A model generated the notes under the pieces. The model did not search any database. It worked only from the letters and a program-made list of their open reading frames with translations, and had not been told where the DNA came from. This document shows positions 52,777-64,000 of a stretch of 64,000 bases of DNA, one piece after another. The DNA is from Reclinomonas americana ATCC 50394 (lineage: Eukaryota). The stretch is taken from the NCBI GenBank assembly GCA_048213135.1, contig PS015550.1, positions 1 through 64,000 on the forward strand, in the 5' to 3' direction. Made by a program: the position numbers and the translations under genes. Numbering within the stretch: position 1 is the first letter of the stretch; every line of letters begins with the position of its first letter.

Positions 52777-54597
52777 ATGGCAAACGAGCCTGCGGTGTAT
52801 GGCCTCAAGTACCAGGTGCGCCCCTGTCTGTCTCTCTGTCTCTCACACACAGTGAAACAATGGCTCACAACTGGTTGCAGGCGCGCGCACTGTGCAATGT
52901 GCCCGCGGACTCGGATGCACACACGTTCTTTGTGGCGACGCAGGTACACACACTTGCACACACACAGAGGCACAAACAGCTGTGCTCACTCCTTCCCACT
53001 CTCTTATCTCTCACATCACACAGGCTCTGCTGTACGACAACGAGTTCTACGTGTTGGTGTACAACGAAGACGACAGGCGCATGTTTGTGCAGGTTGGTGG
53101 TGTGCATTCTCTGCGTTCATGACTTGTCATCGATCTGACTCTTGCCCGCAGAGCATTTACACCCACAAACCCGAAGTCTGGGCACTGGCCTCGGCTCCCT
53201 GGCGCAAGTCCGTCTTCTGCTCGGCCTACAACCTCGGCTCCAGCGGCTTCCACGCCTCTCTCTGGCGTCTCCCTTGCGTTTCGTGGCTTTCCCGCGTGTG
53301 CTTCTGTTCGTCGCTGTGGCGCGCTCACCGTCGCCACAGATGGAGGACGATGCGTCGGCCGGTAGCACCATGAAGGAACTGACGCGTCTTGGTGGCGATC
53401 CGGGTGAGACGGCATCGATTCACGAGGGCTCCATCAAGTCGCTGCTGTTTGGCCCGGTGGGTTATCGGGACTCGCTGGTGACGGTGGACGACACCACAGT
53501 GCATCTGTGGACGGTGGAGGACGCTGGCGCGCATGCCATTGAGAAGCAGCATTTCCAGCTTGGCATGCAGCGGTTAGTGATGGCCGCGTGGGATACGCAG
53601 CACACGGATCGCATTGTGGTCGGCAGCGAGAAGGCTGTGGATCTGCTGGACATTCGCACCGGCAAGTTGCGTTTGTTTGCGCGTGTGTATGCTGCCTCAT
53701 CTGCCTCATGTTTGTGCACGAGCTGACGCACACAACACGCTCAGGTCGATGTTGAGCTTCCAACCGCACACGTTGCCACTGAGGTGTCTCGACTGCAACC
53801 CGAATGTGCCCGAGCAGATTTGCACGGCGGGCGAGGATCAGGTTTTGTTGTGCCCGGGGTGTGTGTGAGCGGCCTTGCGTGTGGAAAATTGACTCGTTGG
53901 TGCCGTCGCAGCGCATCAGCATATGGGATGTGAGGAATACGGATAAGCCGATTGTTTCCAAGATCAGTCACAGCCACTGGTGCGCGTTGTGGCTGAGGAG
54001 GGGGCGTTCTTGCCTCGCCACTGACAACGATTTGTGTTGCGCAGGATCACAAGTGTCACCTACAACCCCTTTTACGGTGTGTGCGCTGTCGGTCATTGCG
54101 CTGCGATCGCGTTGAACTTATTGTCGTACTCGTGGCCTGCAGATCAATTGTTGCTCACCGCGTCCACCGACACGCTGGTGCAACTGTGGGGAGTTGAGTG
54201 GCGGCGTCATGCATCACCCTGTCTACATCATGATTGACTGTATATACGACCTGCAGATCGAAACAATCAGCTCTGCCGCTCGCCCTGAATCGTTACATGC
54301 ACAACGCGAGTGCATGTCAGCAGAGCACCATATCTCACGCGTTCTGTTTCTCATGCAGAACACCACAACCACCGACGCTGGTGGCACGAGTGGACAAGCA
54401 CGAGGATAGTGTCACTGCTGCGTGCTGGTCAGCCGCGGGCCCGTGGGTGTTTGCAAGCTTGTCGTATGATGGTGCGCATGTGGACTTTGTTTTCCCATCT
54501 CCCGTCGATCTCGATACTCATCTCTCTCGCCGCAGGTCGCGTGCTGCTTCACAACGTCCCACAAGGCGAAAAGTACAAGATCCTGCTGGTTGAGTGA
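52777..54597 (+). CDS. EIPR1: EARP/GARP-interacting WD40 protein (TSSC1)
   Basis: VYGLKYQARAL N-terminus, LDCNPN, HSHW, YNPFYDQLLLTASTD, HEDSV..WS..PWVFASLSYDGRV..VP..EKYKILL. Confidence 0.9.
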
Positions 54598-54709
54598 TCA
54601 GCATTTGACCCTTGACTCCACTCACAGTGAATCCACGCTGCTACTTTCGTGTACTTGCTGTTGATTTCTTTTTCACTCGGAGCGGTTGGCGTTCGAGAGG
54701 GACGAATAC

Positions 54710-57700
54710 TTAAATCTCACGACCCTCGTCGTCCAAGTTGCGCGTTGCGAATCTAAAGAGGGAGCCCGCATTGGTGGTTGTCGAGCTGGGTGGACTCTGC
54801 GTCGTCCGCGGACTCTGCGTCGTGCGCGGACTCTGCGTCGCGGGTGGACTCTGCGTCGGCGGTGCCGCGGCAGTGGCAGGGGCCGAGCCGAAGCGTTCCA
54901 CTGGCGGTGTTGGTGAAGGTGTTGGTGACGGCGATGACGCCTCACTGGCGGCGAGAATGCTGGACGCCTTGCGCAGATCCACCGATTGCACCGCGCGTCG
55001 CGACGACGGCGCGGCAGTGAGGTCGCCGAACGGATTGGAGCTGCGGGCACTGCTGTGGCTGCTCGGTGGCGTCACCTGCATGCTGGCGTGGTGCGCGCGC
55101 ATACCGAGTCGCTGAGACGACGTTTCTGACGGCACCAAGAGTGGCGGAGGGGCGCGCGTGGTTGGGGGTGACCGTGGCATGCTGCCCGTGGCAGAGAGGC
55201 GTGAGCTGTGTCGCGTGTGCACCAGTGGTGGCGGGGTCGCCGGTGGCATCTGGCCGGGACTGTCGGATCGTGCCTACCAGACAGAACGTGAGTGTGGAGG
55301 GAGATCAGCTCGAGCAGCAGAGAGCACCCACGCACCCATCCACCACCAAGCAGTGCGCCCTCTTCGTCGTCTTGCGAGTTGGTCGACATGCGTCGGTCGC
55401 CGAGACCAGTCGTCGTCGAAGACGGTGGCGGGCACACGACTGGGTCGGTGGAGGCCGAGATGCTGGAGGCGCCGTGGGCAGCCATCTGCGAGCACGTGTC
55501 AGTCACCGTACGTGCGTGTGTTCGTGATCGATGACAACGAGTGAACGAACAGCTTCCGCCACGTAGGATGCTGGCAGCTGCACTTGCACGACGAGGTTCG
55601 TCGGGGTCTTTGCCGCCGTGCCAACGTCCGCAGTGCCGGCACCCGCGACCACGCCAGTGGCCCCCGGTGCGGCGCTGGAGAGGTCGTCGAGGGTGATGGA
55701 CTGCATCAGCATCGCAGAGTGAGGGGACGTAACCGTCAAAGATGCCATGTGCAGAACGCAACCGATGGGAGACCACCGTGGTGGTCGTCGATGCTGCTGA
55801 TGCGCGTGGCCTTGCCCTCGCTGTCCACCACTGACCAGGTGAGCTTGGCGCGGCGCTTCTGACGCTTCTGGACCTGTGGCGATGAACGGAAGAGAGGATG
55901 AGCTCGTAAAAGAGAGTGACAGAAAGGTGCAAGTGCACACACCAGGCGGATGAGGAACTGTACAGCGACTAGACCGCCGATACACAAGAGCAGTAGTGGA
56001 GCGACAACGGTCTGTGAAGGAAACAAAAGTCAGAAAAAAACTGGCGACAGCGGAGGATCGAATACGAGAGTCGCACAAGTGGGATCCTGAGTCTGCGATG
56101 AGAGGAGACCGGAGTGAGAGCAGCGGAGCGAGATCAGCAACAAGACTTGACGCAAAGAAACGAAACAGTCTGTGCACAGAACGAGGGCACGTGAGTAGCC
56201 GGGGATGAGAGCCAAGAGAGAGAGAGACAAAGAGTAGGATTCACCCGTATGGAATCGGTGCAATGAACCACACCATCCATTCGGCACGGCGCTGCAGCTT
56301 GTCGACCAGCTCCGATTGTTGTTTCTGCGAAGAGGCGGAGAGAAGTGAGTCATGTCGCCCTGAAAAGAAATCAAAAGAACGTGGCGAACCATCATCAGTG
56401 TGGAAACCAAAATGTACCACACCAGCCTGCGCCAGAACAATCAGTACCACTTTCCAAGCTTGATTCTCTCCACTGCCAACACACGCAACGTGGTCAACGT
56501 GATAAAGTACGAGATGAGCATGAAGCGATCGGCAAATGTCTGCGCAAACGCAGCTCGCAGGTGAGCAAAGTGCATGCGACATGAACTCATGCGAGGCGCT
56601 CACCATGGTGCCCGATGGCACGCCCAAGTTGTCTGCCGGTAGAGGGGATGGGGTGAGAGAGTGTAGATAAAAACTCGTTGACGAACATTCACGAAACAAT
56701 GATACATGACGAGGGCCTGCGAAGAGGCGGAGAAGTGAGCATGAAGTGCATGTGACACGCGATGGCGTTAACGACAGCACGCAACGACAAAGGAGTTGGT
56801 GACGAGACCAAACGACGTGGACAGGTAGTCCTTGTACGAAAGCGAGAACGACGACAACACAATCAACTGTCGTGCGCACATGCAGTGAGCAGCATAGCAG
56901 CGACACTGGGAAGGATGAAGGGAGAAACGCACAACAATGAATATCGGCGGCAGCAGAGTCTGTGGAAGCGAGAGTTAGTTGTGGAGGAGAGGATTTGTAC
57001 ACGCACGCCATCCACTTGCCTTGGAGAAGCACTTGAAGTCTGCGACAGCGAGTGAGTGAGTGAGTGGCTATCTTCGAAAAGAGCAACATGAGAATGGCGA
57101 CGACTCACATGGTCTGTTGATGGGCATAATGTACTCGAGCATGGGCGTGGTGGCCAGACCGCGCTTGTACATGGTCATGCCTTTGAACTGGACCAGCGGG
57201 TCGTCAAACTCCCAACCAGGAATGACTGAAAAGATCCGTGAGCACTCTGACGAAAGCGATCTCTCTCTCTCTCATCGCCTCACGCAACTGATATCATCAG
57301 CGTATCCACTGGCCTCGGGTATGAACTCCATATGCGTGACGCCATTCACCCAAAAGCGAATGTTGAGTCGCTCCACCTGCGTCACACGCAAGCAAAATCA
57401 GGCACTGGCATCAGTCACAGTCACCGCAGTGCCGCAGCGCCGCAACATCAAACGGAAAGTCTTGCGCTTCCAGCGGCCAGTTCAGCGTCGTGCGACAGAT
57501 GGTGTAGCAGTCGGAGGGAAAGTACGTGCCTTTATGGACGATCATGAGCCGCTGCAAAGACAACTGCAAGTGCTGCTGCAGTGGAGACGCAACATCGCAC
57601 CCACAAGCCCGCATTGTCGACCCACGGGTCCTGTGATCCATCCGCGGCCGGCATCCAGCAGGCGTTCTCCGGTTGCGGAGTGCGAAAGGTGAAGACGAGA

Positions 57701-57925
57701 GTGGCGTCAAAGGCGCCCGTGTCGACCACCACATTCGCAATCTTCAAGAGAACGAGAGAGTGAGACAACAAGAGAGAGCAGCAAGTGTCGTGTGTGTGTG
57801 TGTGTGCTCGTAACTTTGGAGACAAAGAGGCCCACGCGGAGAGACGAGGGAGGTGATGCGGCGTGAGTGGCGCAGGCAGTGAGCAGCAGAAGGAGGAGGA
57901 GGAGAAGGGGACGAGAAGCGTGCAT
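54710..57925 (-). CDS. Cys-less pentameric ligand-gated ion channel-like subunit 1 with extra TM and long disordered tail
   Basis: Signal peptide; TGAFDATLVF; Pro-loop LEAQDFPFDVERLNI; PGWEF; M1 LLPPIFIVLIVLSSF; M3 start ADRFMLI; M4 WMVWFIAPIP. Confidence 0.7.
54792..54863. repeat. 4 x 18-bp coding tandem repeat (TQSP-x-x units)
   Basis: GGACTCTGCGTCG repeated every 18 bp within the channel's last exon. Confidence 0.8.
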
Positions 57926-58242
57926 GTTGTGTGTGTGTGTGTGTGTGTGCAAAGAGTGTGTGGAGTGCAGCCACCCGCTCACTCCAAGGTGGAGGAGAAG
58001 ATCGATGGCCAACTGACTGACTGAGTGTTTTTTCGCAACAAGGGCGCAGCGAATGCTTTTCGGAGTTGCATCTGAGGCATGACAGCAGCTGCATTCGTGC
58101 TTGCATCGGCCACGACACGTACAGCAGAATCGCAGCACGTCGCGCCTGCTGAATCTTTCTGCTGCTCAACCCCGACACCACCTCTGTCACGCGCGTGTGT
58201 GTACGTGTGCACGCTTTCCTCACCTCAAGAACACCTCCTGAC

Positions 58243-59254
58243 ATGCATTCCAGCTTTGCTCGACTGGCGGTAGGCCTGTCATTGTTCTTGCTTCCCTCAG
58301 TCAGTCATTCACTCAGTTGTCGACAGATCCCGTGTCGATCGCTGGTGACGGCCGCCGTTGGTCGCATTCTACGCGTTGTCGGTCACACCCCGACTGCGCC
58401 GAGCATTCTTCCGCAGTCAACGTTCGCCACGCGGTTGCGTTTCCTGCTTGCTGGCTGCGGCACTCTTTTTGTTATTTTCCTTTCCTTTCCGTCCCTCCTC
58501 CTGACCTGTCGCGAAGAGAATTCTCGGTTTCGAGGAATCGATTCGCGTGGTGGTGCTCACACGCGGAAGCAGGTCGTCGTATTCCTTCCCGTTGTTTATT
58601 GCCGCTTCTACGAGAGCATTTGCCACCACCTCGAAGGCTCAACAGTCTGTCACCAGCAGCAGCACCACCGCCACCAACAAGATGTCGATGCAGGCCTCGC
58701 AGCAACCCGACGTGGTCGACTTTATCATCACCGACCACCAGGTGATGAAGGACAAGCTGTCGGAGCTGAAGAATGCGGCCAGGGAGCAGCGCCAGTTGCT
58801 GCTGGAGCAAGCGGGCGCCATGCTGCGCGCGCATCAGCGAGCCGAGGAGCAGCACGTGTACCCGGGCCTGGCCAATCAGGGCTCGGAGGAGAAGGGCCTG
58901 ATCCAGCACGCTTTCGACGAGCACCGCGAGGCCGAGGCACTGCTGATGCAGCTCGAGGCATGTTCGATCGACTCGGCCGAGTTCGACAAGGTGCTGGGCG
59001 AGCTCGAAAAGGGCGTGCTGCACCACATGAACGAGGAGGAGACGAAGGTGCTGCCGACGATGCGACGCGAGCTGGAGCGCCAGCGGCTGCTGGACATGGG
59101 TGTCAAGTTTGAGCGCCAACGCTTGGCCGAGGTGGCCGCGGAGGCGCCGTCGGCCTCCAAGTTGTCGGCCGCCTCCACCGCCACCGCAGCGCTCGGCGGA
59201 ACAGCAACAACGACCACATCATCGACCACGACCTCCTCTCGCGGAACCGCCTAG
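58243..59254 (+). CDS. Hemerythrin HHE cation-binding domain protein with putative mitochondrial presequence
   Basis: DH..HQRAEEQHVYP..EH..HHMNEEETKVLP. Introns 58270-58326 and 58434-58572 join an acid-free R/S/A-rich leader in frame. Confidence 0.85.
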
Positions 59255-59313
59255 TGAGAGAGCACAGCTGTAGGAAAAATAGAAAGACCTTGTTAGAGGG
59301 CAGGGCAGTCGGA

Positions 59314-60588
59314 ATGTATCCGCCGGAAGTTGTCCCACTCGTTCTTCTTCGTGCTCGAGTGGAGACGGGGATGCGTCCGTCCAGCGTGAAGGCCGTGAAT
59401 GCGACACTTGCCGTTGTGCGAGCCAAGCAGGGTGAGCTGCTCTCATCCTTTGTCTGTGGCCGACTCACGCACTGAGGAAGAGACCGCGACACACAGCTGT
59501 GAGTCGGAAGACGCGATGGATGTACATTGTGTTTCACACGATCGTGTTTCTCGCCGCCAGTGCCGTGCTCATCTGCACGGTCTACGATGACGCAGAGAAT
59601 GCAGAGATGCGGTGCGTCTCTCTCTCATGATCACACTCACATCAAATCACTCTTCATTCTTACACTCATCAGGGGACTCATGGAGCGCGCACGACAGTCG
59701 TTCAAGCAGGCCACATCGCTGCTGATGCAGCCGCATGTGGCCTTGTTTGTCATTGCAGCAGTTGCGGGCGGAGCGACAAGAGTTGTCTTTCATCATCATT
59801 GTCGCAGAGTCACTGACTCGATCCGCACCCTGCAGTACGCACTGTGGATTGTCTCTGCCGCCACCAAGCAGTTTGTGCTGTCACAGGTGGGCGCTACTCG
59901 CGTTGTTCTATGTCATGGCGGGCACTTCTCACTGTGTTTATCCTTGTAGCCGTGGAAGAGCGTCCTCGGCAAGTCACCCAAGGTCTGCTCCTCCGACATC
60001 TTCCACTGTCACTTGTTCGCTCACTCCCTCCTTGCCGGAAACCAACAGTCGGAAGTGGAGCGCGTGGCGCACGGCATCTCGCTCTTCGTGTACGCCATCG
60101 GCCTCATCTTTGTGCTCAGCAACTTCGGTCTCGACACCACCGTGTTGACCTCCTCGATGGGCATCACCGCCGTGGCCGCGGGCTTTGCGTTGCGCGAGTT
60201 TGCCATGAATGTGATTTGCGGACTCTTCCTGTTGGCGTACGACCAGTACCTGCCGTTGCGTCCACCACGCTGTTTATTGTGCGTTCTCCATGTGCTCACG
60301 GTGTGCACGTGTGTGGGGCAGAGGCGATCGCATCAAAGTCAAGGATTTCGAGGGCATCGTGTCGAAAGTGGTGCGTGACAGCAGTCCATCGCCCCCTTCA
60401 CAACGCTGACTCCCGTCGTGCAGCATCTGCGCTACACAGTGGTGCAAGGCGTCGACGCCAAGGACGGCCAGCTCTTCTACATCCCCAATCGCGACATGAC
60501 CGAGTCCATCGTGACCCTCATCAGCCGCGCTCCCGACGCCGAGCCAGCGCCCTCTCCCTCCAGTGACGAAGGCAGCCCATCACAGTAA
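59314..60588 (+). CDS. MscS-family mechanosensitive channel (short C-terminus)
   Basis: LTSSMGITAVAAGFALREFAMNVICGLFLL..GDRIKV..EGIVSKVHLRYT..FYIPN; start uncertain. Confidence 0.8.
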
Positions 60589-60600
60589 ACAAAAAAAGAC

Positions 60601-61152
60601 TCACAGCTTGGTACGCGTCAACAGCGGTGGATCCAGTGCCATCAGCAACGCCGACGAGAACACCGCCGACGCCGCTCCCACATCGCCCCACCGCAGAATC
60701 GCCTCACACACCGCCTCCGCCTCCTCCACCACCGTCAAGTCACACACAAAACGTCGCACAATGCTGCAGTCCTCGCCCTCTGACGGCAACGCCAGCAGGT
60801 CGCTGCTCTCATCGCCCGCTCGTCGATGCGTAAACACCACTGCCTGCACGCGCGACGACGAGCGGCACTCGCGCAGCATTGCCTCCACATCTACGCTCTT
60901 GGCGGCAGACACGGGCACCAGAAGCACCAGTGCATCGCAGGCAACCAGATCATCCGCGACACTCTCACGCGTGTGACTGGCAGCAACGCGCAGTGAGTCA
61001 CACAGAGAGAGAGAGAGTGTGTGTGTGTGCAAGTGACAACGCAACAGCACCAGTGGCAATGGGGGTCGGAACCTGCTCACTGCCACACTCGCACATCGCT
61101 CACAGAACGTGCGCTTGCCGCTGCCGGGTGCACCACACACGACAACGCGCAT
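60601..61152 (-). CDS. Degenerate small-GTPase-like P-loop protein
   Basis: MRVVVCGAPGSGKRT; CDALVLLVPVS; VVFTHRR at the G4 position; no DxxG. Confidence 0.45.
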   Translation of the reverse strand: MRVVVCGAPGSGKRTFCERCASVAVSRFRPPLPLVLLRCHLHTHTLSLSLCDSLRVAASHTRESVADDLVACDALVLLVPVSAAKSVDVEAMLRECRSSSRVQAVVFTHRRAGDESSDLLALPSEGEDCSIVRRFVCDLTVVEEAEAVCEAILRWGDVGAASAVFSSALLMALDPPLLTRTKL

Positions 61153-61255
61153 TGTGAGAGCAGGGTTACCTTTGGCGGGGAAAGTGCCGCGCGGTAACCC
61201 CCATTCACTTTCTTTTGCGCCACTTGTTTTGTGTGCTATCCTCGCTTCCGTTATC

Positions 61256-62742
61256 ATGTCGTTCGGCATCAAGGGTTGCGTTGCGGGTAGAGGAGAAGAG
61301 GGGGAGGAGCGATAGAGGAGTGCAATGCAGTTTGTTTGTTTGGTGTGAAATGGCGCTCTCTCTCTCTCACAACTTTGTGCCTGTGTCTGTGTGTGCATTA
61401 GTTCTGGGCACTCGCGGTGCGGTGCAGGCCGAGTCTGCGCAGTTCACAGTCGGCTCTGCGCGTCAGAAGGCCTTCTGGGGTCAAGTGGTGACGCTGTTGC
61501 GTGAGGAGTGCCATGCTCATGACGCACACACCTCTGTCTCCCTCTCTCTCTCTTTCTCGCACCCAACTGACACACACACGCACGCACACACGTTGCATGT
61601 CTTTGCTGCTGTCTCTCTCTCACACACTGTATGTGCAGGCCAATGGGTGACGGTGCACTGCTGGTGCAGTTGTTTGACGATGACGATCAGGAGGCTGGTG
61701 AGTGTGTGTGTGTCTCTCTCTCTCTCTTGTGTACATCAGTGTCAGAGCAAGTGAGGGATAAGAAAGGAGAGAGAGAAGAGAGAGTTATGTTGCATGGTGA
61801 TCGTATTTGAAGTGCATTGCATCGCGTGTTGTATGTGTGTGTCGTGTCTTTGTGTGCGTGCGCGTGTGTGTGTATGTGTGTGCGTGTGCGTGTGTCTGTG
61901 CATCGCATACTCAGCCTTCTTCCTCTTCTTCTTTCTCGTTCTTTTGTCGCAGCTCGCGTGACCATTGACCTGCACACTGTGGCTCCCAACTCGAGCGACT
62001 GGTTCGACCTGAGCAACGGCTCTGGCGCTGTGCAGCTGAACTTTGAGGCCGTCGGCGGTTGCGTCCTCTGTCTCTTCGTGATGATGATGATGATCGCGCA
62101 CCTCTCATGACTCGTCTGGCTAATGTAACAGGTGCCGTGGCCATGGACGACGATCCGTTTGGCGCACCGGCGGCCTCGGGCTCTGGCTTCCAGCAGGTCG
62201 ACTCCGAGGAGGAGGAGGAAGAGGAGGAGAGCGAGGAGGAGGAGGAGGAGCACCACAGCTCGGAGCCAACGCCGCTCATGTTGTGGCAGGAGAAGCACAA
62301 TGCGGAGCTCATTGAGCGCGCCACCGCCGCGCGTGCCAAGCGCGACGAGCGCAAGACCGGCGCCCGCGACTGGTTGAAGAAGTTCTACGAGGATCGCGAC
62401 GGCAAGCTGTCTGCCAAGCAGAAGCTCAACCGGTGCGCTTTACATTTTTGGTAACCATTCATCCCTCCCTTGCCGCCCTTCTCAACCCCGCCCCGCATGT
62501 GCAGCCAACAAAACCAGGCTCTGGTGGAGAAGATCAATGCCAACCTCGGCGTTGGTCAGATCTGGGAGCGTGTCAGCAACCTCATCAACATGGGCGCCAA
62601 CTCGGCCGGTCGCAAGGACGTGGCTCGCATGCGCTCTGTGCTGCTGCAGGTGAAGAACTCGACTCCGGCTCACTTGGCGCGTCACGACGCCGTCGCCGCT
62701 GGCGGCCGTGGCGGTGCTTCGGGCTCGGCCGATCTGTTCTAA
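61256..62742 (+). CDS. Clathrin light chain with N-terminal C2-like domain
   Basis: CLC pattern LWQEK..KKFYE..NR..IWERVSNLI..KDVARMRSVLLQVK. Upstream exons give LLVQLFDDDD..VTIDL..DWFDL..GAVQLNF. Confidence 0.78.
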
Positions 62743-62930
62743 GCTCTTTCTCTCTCCCTCTCTGTGTGTTTTTTTGTGGCAAATATGGTCTTTTTTAAGC
62801 GCTGTCTCGTCGTGTGCGTGTCTTCCTCCTCCTCCTCTTGTTCTTCTTTCATTTTTACGTGAGTACACTTGTGCACAACAGACTGTGGTTACCTCCTCCT
62901 TTCTCCTCCCTCTACTGTGTCAATTTGTCT

Positions 62931-63949
62931 TTACTTTATCTTTGAGTATCGCGCCAGGTCGTCGAGACTTCCGTAGCGCCGCTTGACCAGATTGCGATGC
63001 GCGGACTCCAAGAAGCGCGCCTTGCGGTCAAAGTCGAGCGATGTGCGGCTGCGTGGCAGGCCGTCGTGCATGCCTGGCGAACTGCGGCCACTACTGTTGC
63101 CGCCGGTCTCGGTCTGTGAGCCGGCGCGCGCACTTGTCTCCGACGGCGGATCAGCTGGCTCTGGCGTCTCGGCGCGCTCCTGCTCCGGTGTCGGTCGGGG
63201 CACGAAGAAGAGCTGCAGACGACCGCGGGCACTCTGTCCACGCGGCAGACTCCACAGCAGGTGGCCGAAAACCAGCGACACCAGAATGACGCACACTGAG
63301 ACGACGGCGGCGCGCCACGGCAGCGAGAGGATCGCCACCAGAATCGGCACGCACACCCACACGGCACCGGAGGAGATGCGCTGGAGGCGACGAGCCAGCG
63401 GTGCGCGATTGACCTTGGTCAGTGAGCCCACGTAGCGGTACCACGCAAAGCTGGTGTGACAAAAGAAGTGAGCAGCCGCACCGAGTAGGGGAGAGAAAAA
63501 GGGAAGCAGTGCACGCACCACAGCGCAATGAGCAGGTACACGCCGAGCACGAAGCGATCAATGTAGGAGATGTTGCTCGACGGCACGTCGAGGTTCCAGT
63601 GGAACAAGATGAGACCCCTGCCGCAAGAGAACCAGGCGGTCAGCATGCTGCAAGAAGCCGGCCGACAATCGTCATGTGCGCGCGTGTGTGTGTACGCAAC
63701 AACAGCGAGGCACTGCACACCGAACTGCCGACGCGCACGTAGCTCTCCGGCGGCAACGTGAACGGCGCCGTGACGATAATGACCAGTGCGATCGGTGGCA
63801 GGAAGAACTTGATCATGGCCTTGAACAGCGGTCGGGTCACCGGCACGGCAAAGGTGATGGCCGAGATGGTGTCGGCGCCCCGATACAGGCCACTCGGCCC
63901 GCTGATCGACACCGCGTCTCGATCAATGTCAAAGGTCGGCAGATACACC
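62931..63949 (-). CDS. Pentameric ligand-gated ion channel-like subunit 2 (5' part outside window)
   Basis: VTRPLFKAMIKFFLPPIALVII (M1), ISYIDRFVL (M3), M4 plus extra hydrophobic helix; aligns with subunit 1. Confidence 0.65.
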
Positions 63950-64000
63950 TGTGGCAAGCCAAGAAGATGAGTTCAGACGCCACGGAATGGGTGGAAACGC

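Noticed and set aside
54792-54863. Regular short repeat as a CRISPR-like array
   Set aside because: In-frame 18-bp coding tandem repeat with no real spacers, in a eukaryotic gene.
56905-56945. Apparent frameshift or 27-nt intron in channel M1
   Set aside because: Resolved by a normal-length intron to the acceptor near 56867, giving PPIFIV|LIVLSSF.
58472-59119. Long antisense ORFs over GC-rich exons (here and elsewhere)
   Set aside because: Expected shadows of GC3-biased coding sequence.

Overview
Gene-dense, GC-rich genomic DNA from an unidentified unicellular eukaryote (aerobic mitochondrion inferred from NDUFV1), with many short (mostly ~55-90 nt) spliceosomal introns, CA/CT microsatellites and seven N-gaps. 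The six-frame ORFs are mostly exon fragments, so about 23 genes were rebuilt by hand from splice sites and protein motifs. These are NDUFV1, NIPP1-like, EF-hand/Fcf2, an Ire1/RNase L-type kinase-KEN, 3x GT61, a TPR protein, a myristoylated WD40-pseudokinase, 3x half-size ABCA, 2x GT77-like, 2x EF-hand, EIPR1/TSSC1, 2x Cys-less pentameric ligand-gated channels, a hemerythrin, MscS, a degenerate GTPase, an orphan and a C2-clathrin light chain. Two signals stand out. (1) A very abundant second class of 5' splice site (|GTTGCGT, |GTTGAG, |GTTACG) is the normal donor shifted by one base. It is used almost only when the exon does not end in G, and it switches class between paralogous introns when that base changes. 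(2) A soluble RRM-kinase-KEN RNase-cold-shock-domain protein looks like a self-contained RNA-sensing RNase L analogue. No tRNA, rRNA, CRISPR or recognisable transposon was seen. All gene models are manual and unvalidated by transcripts.
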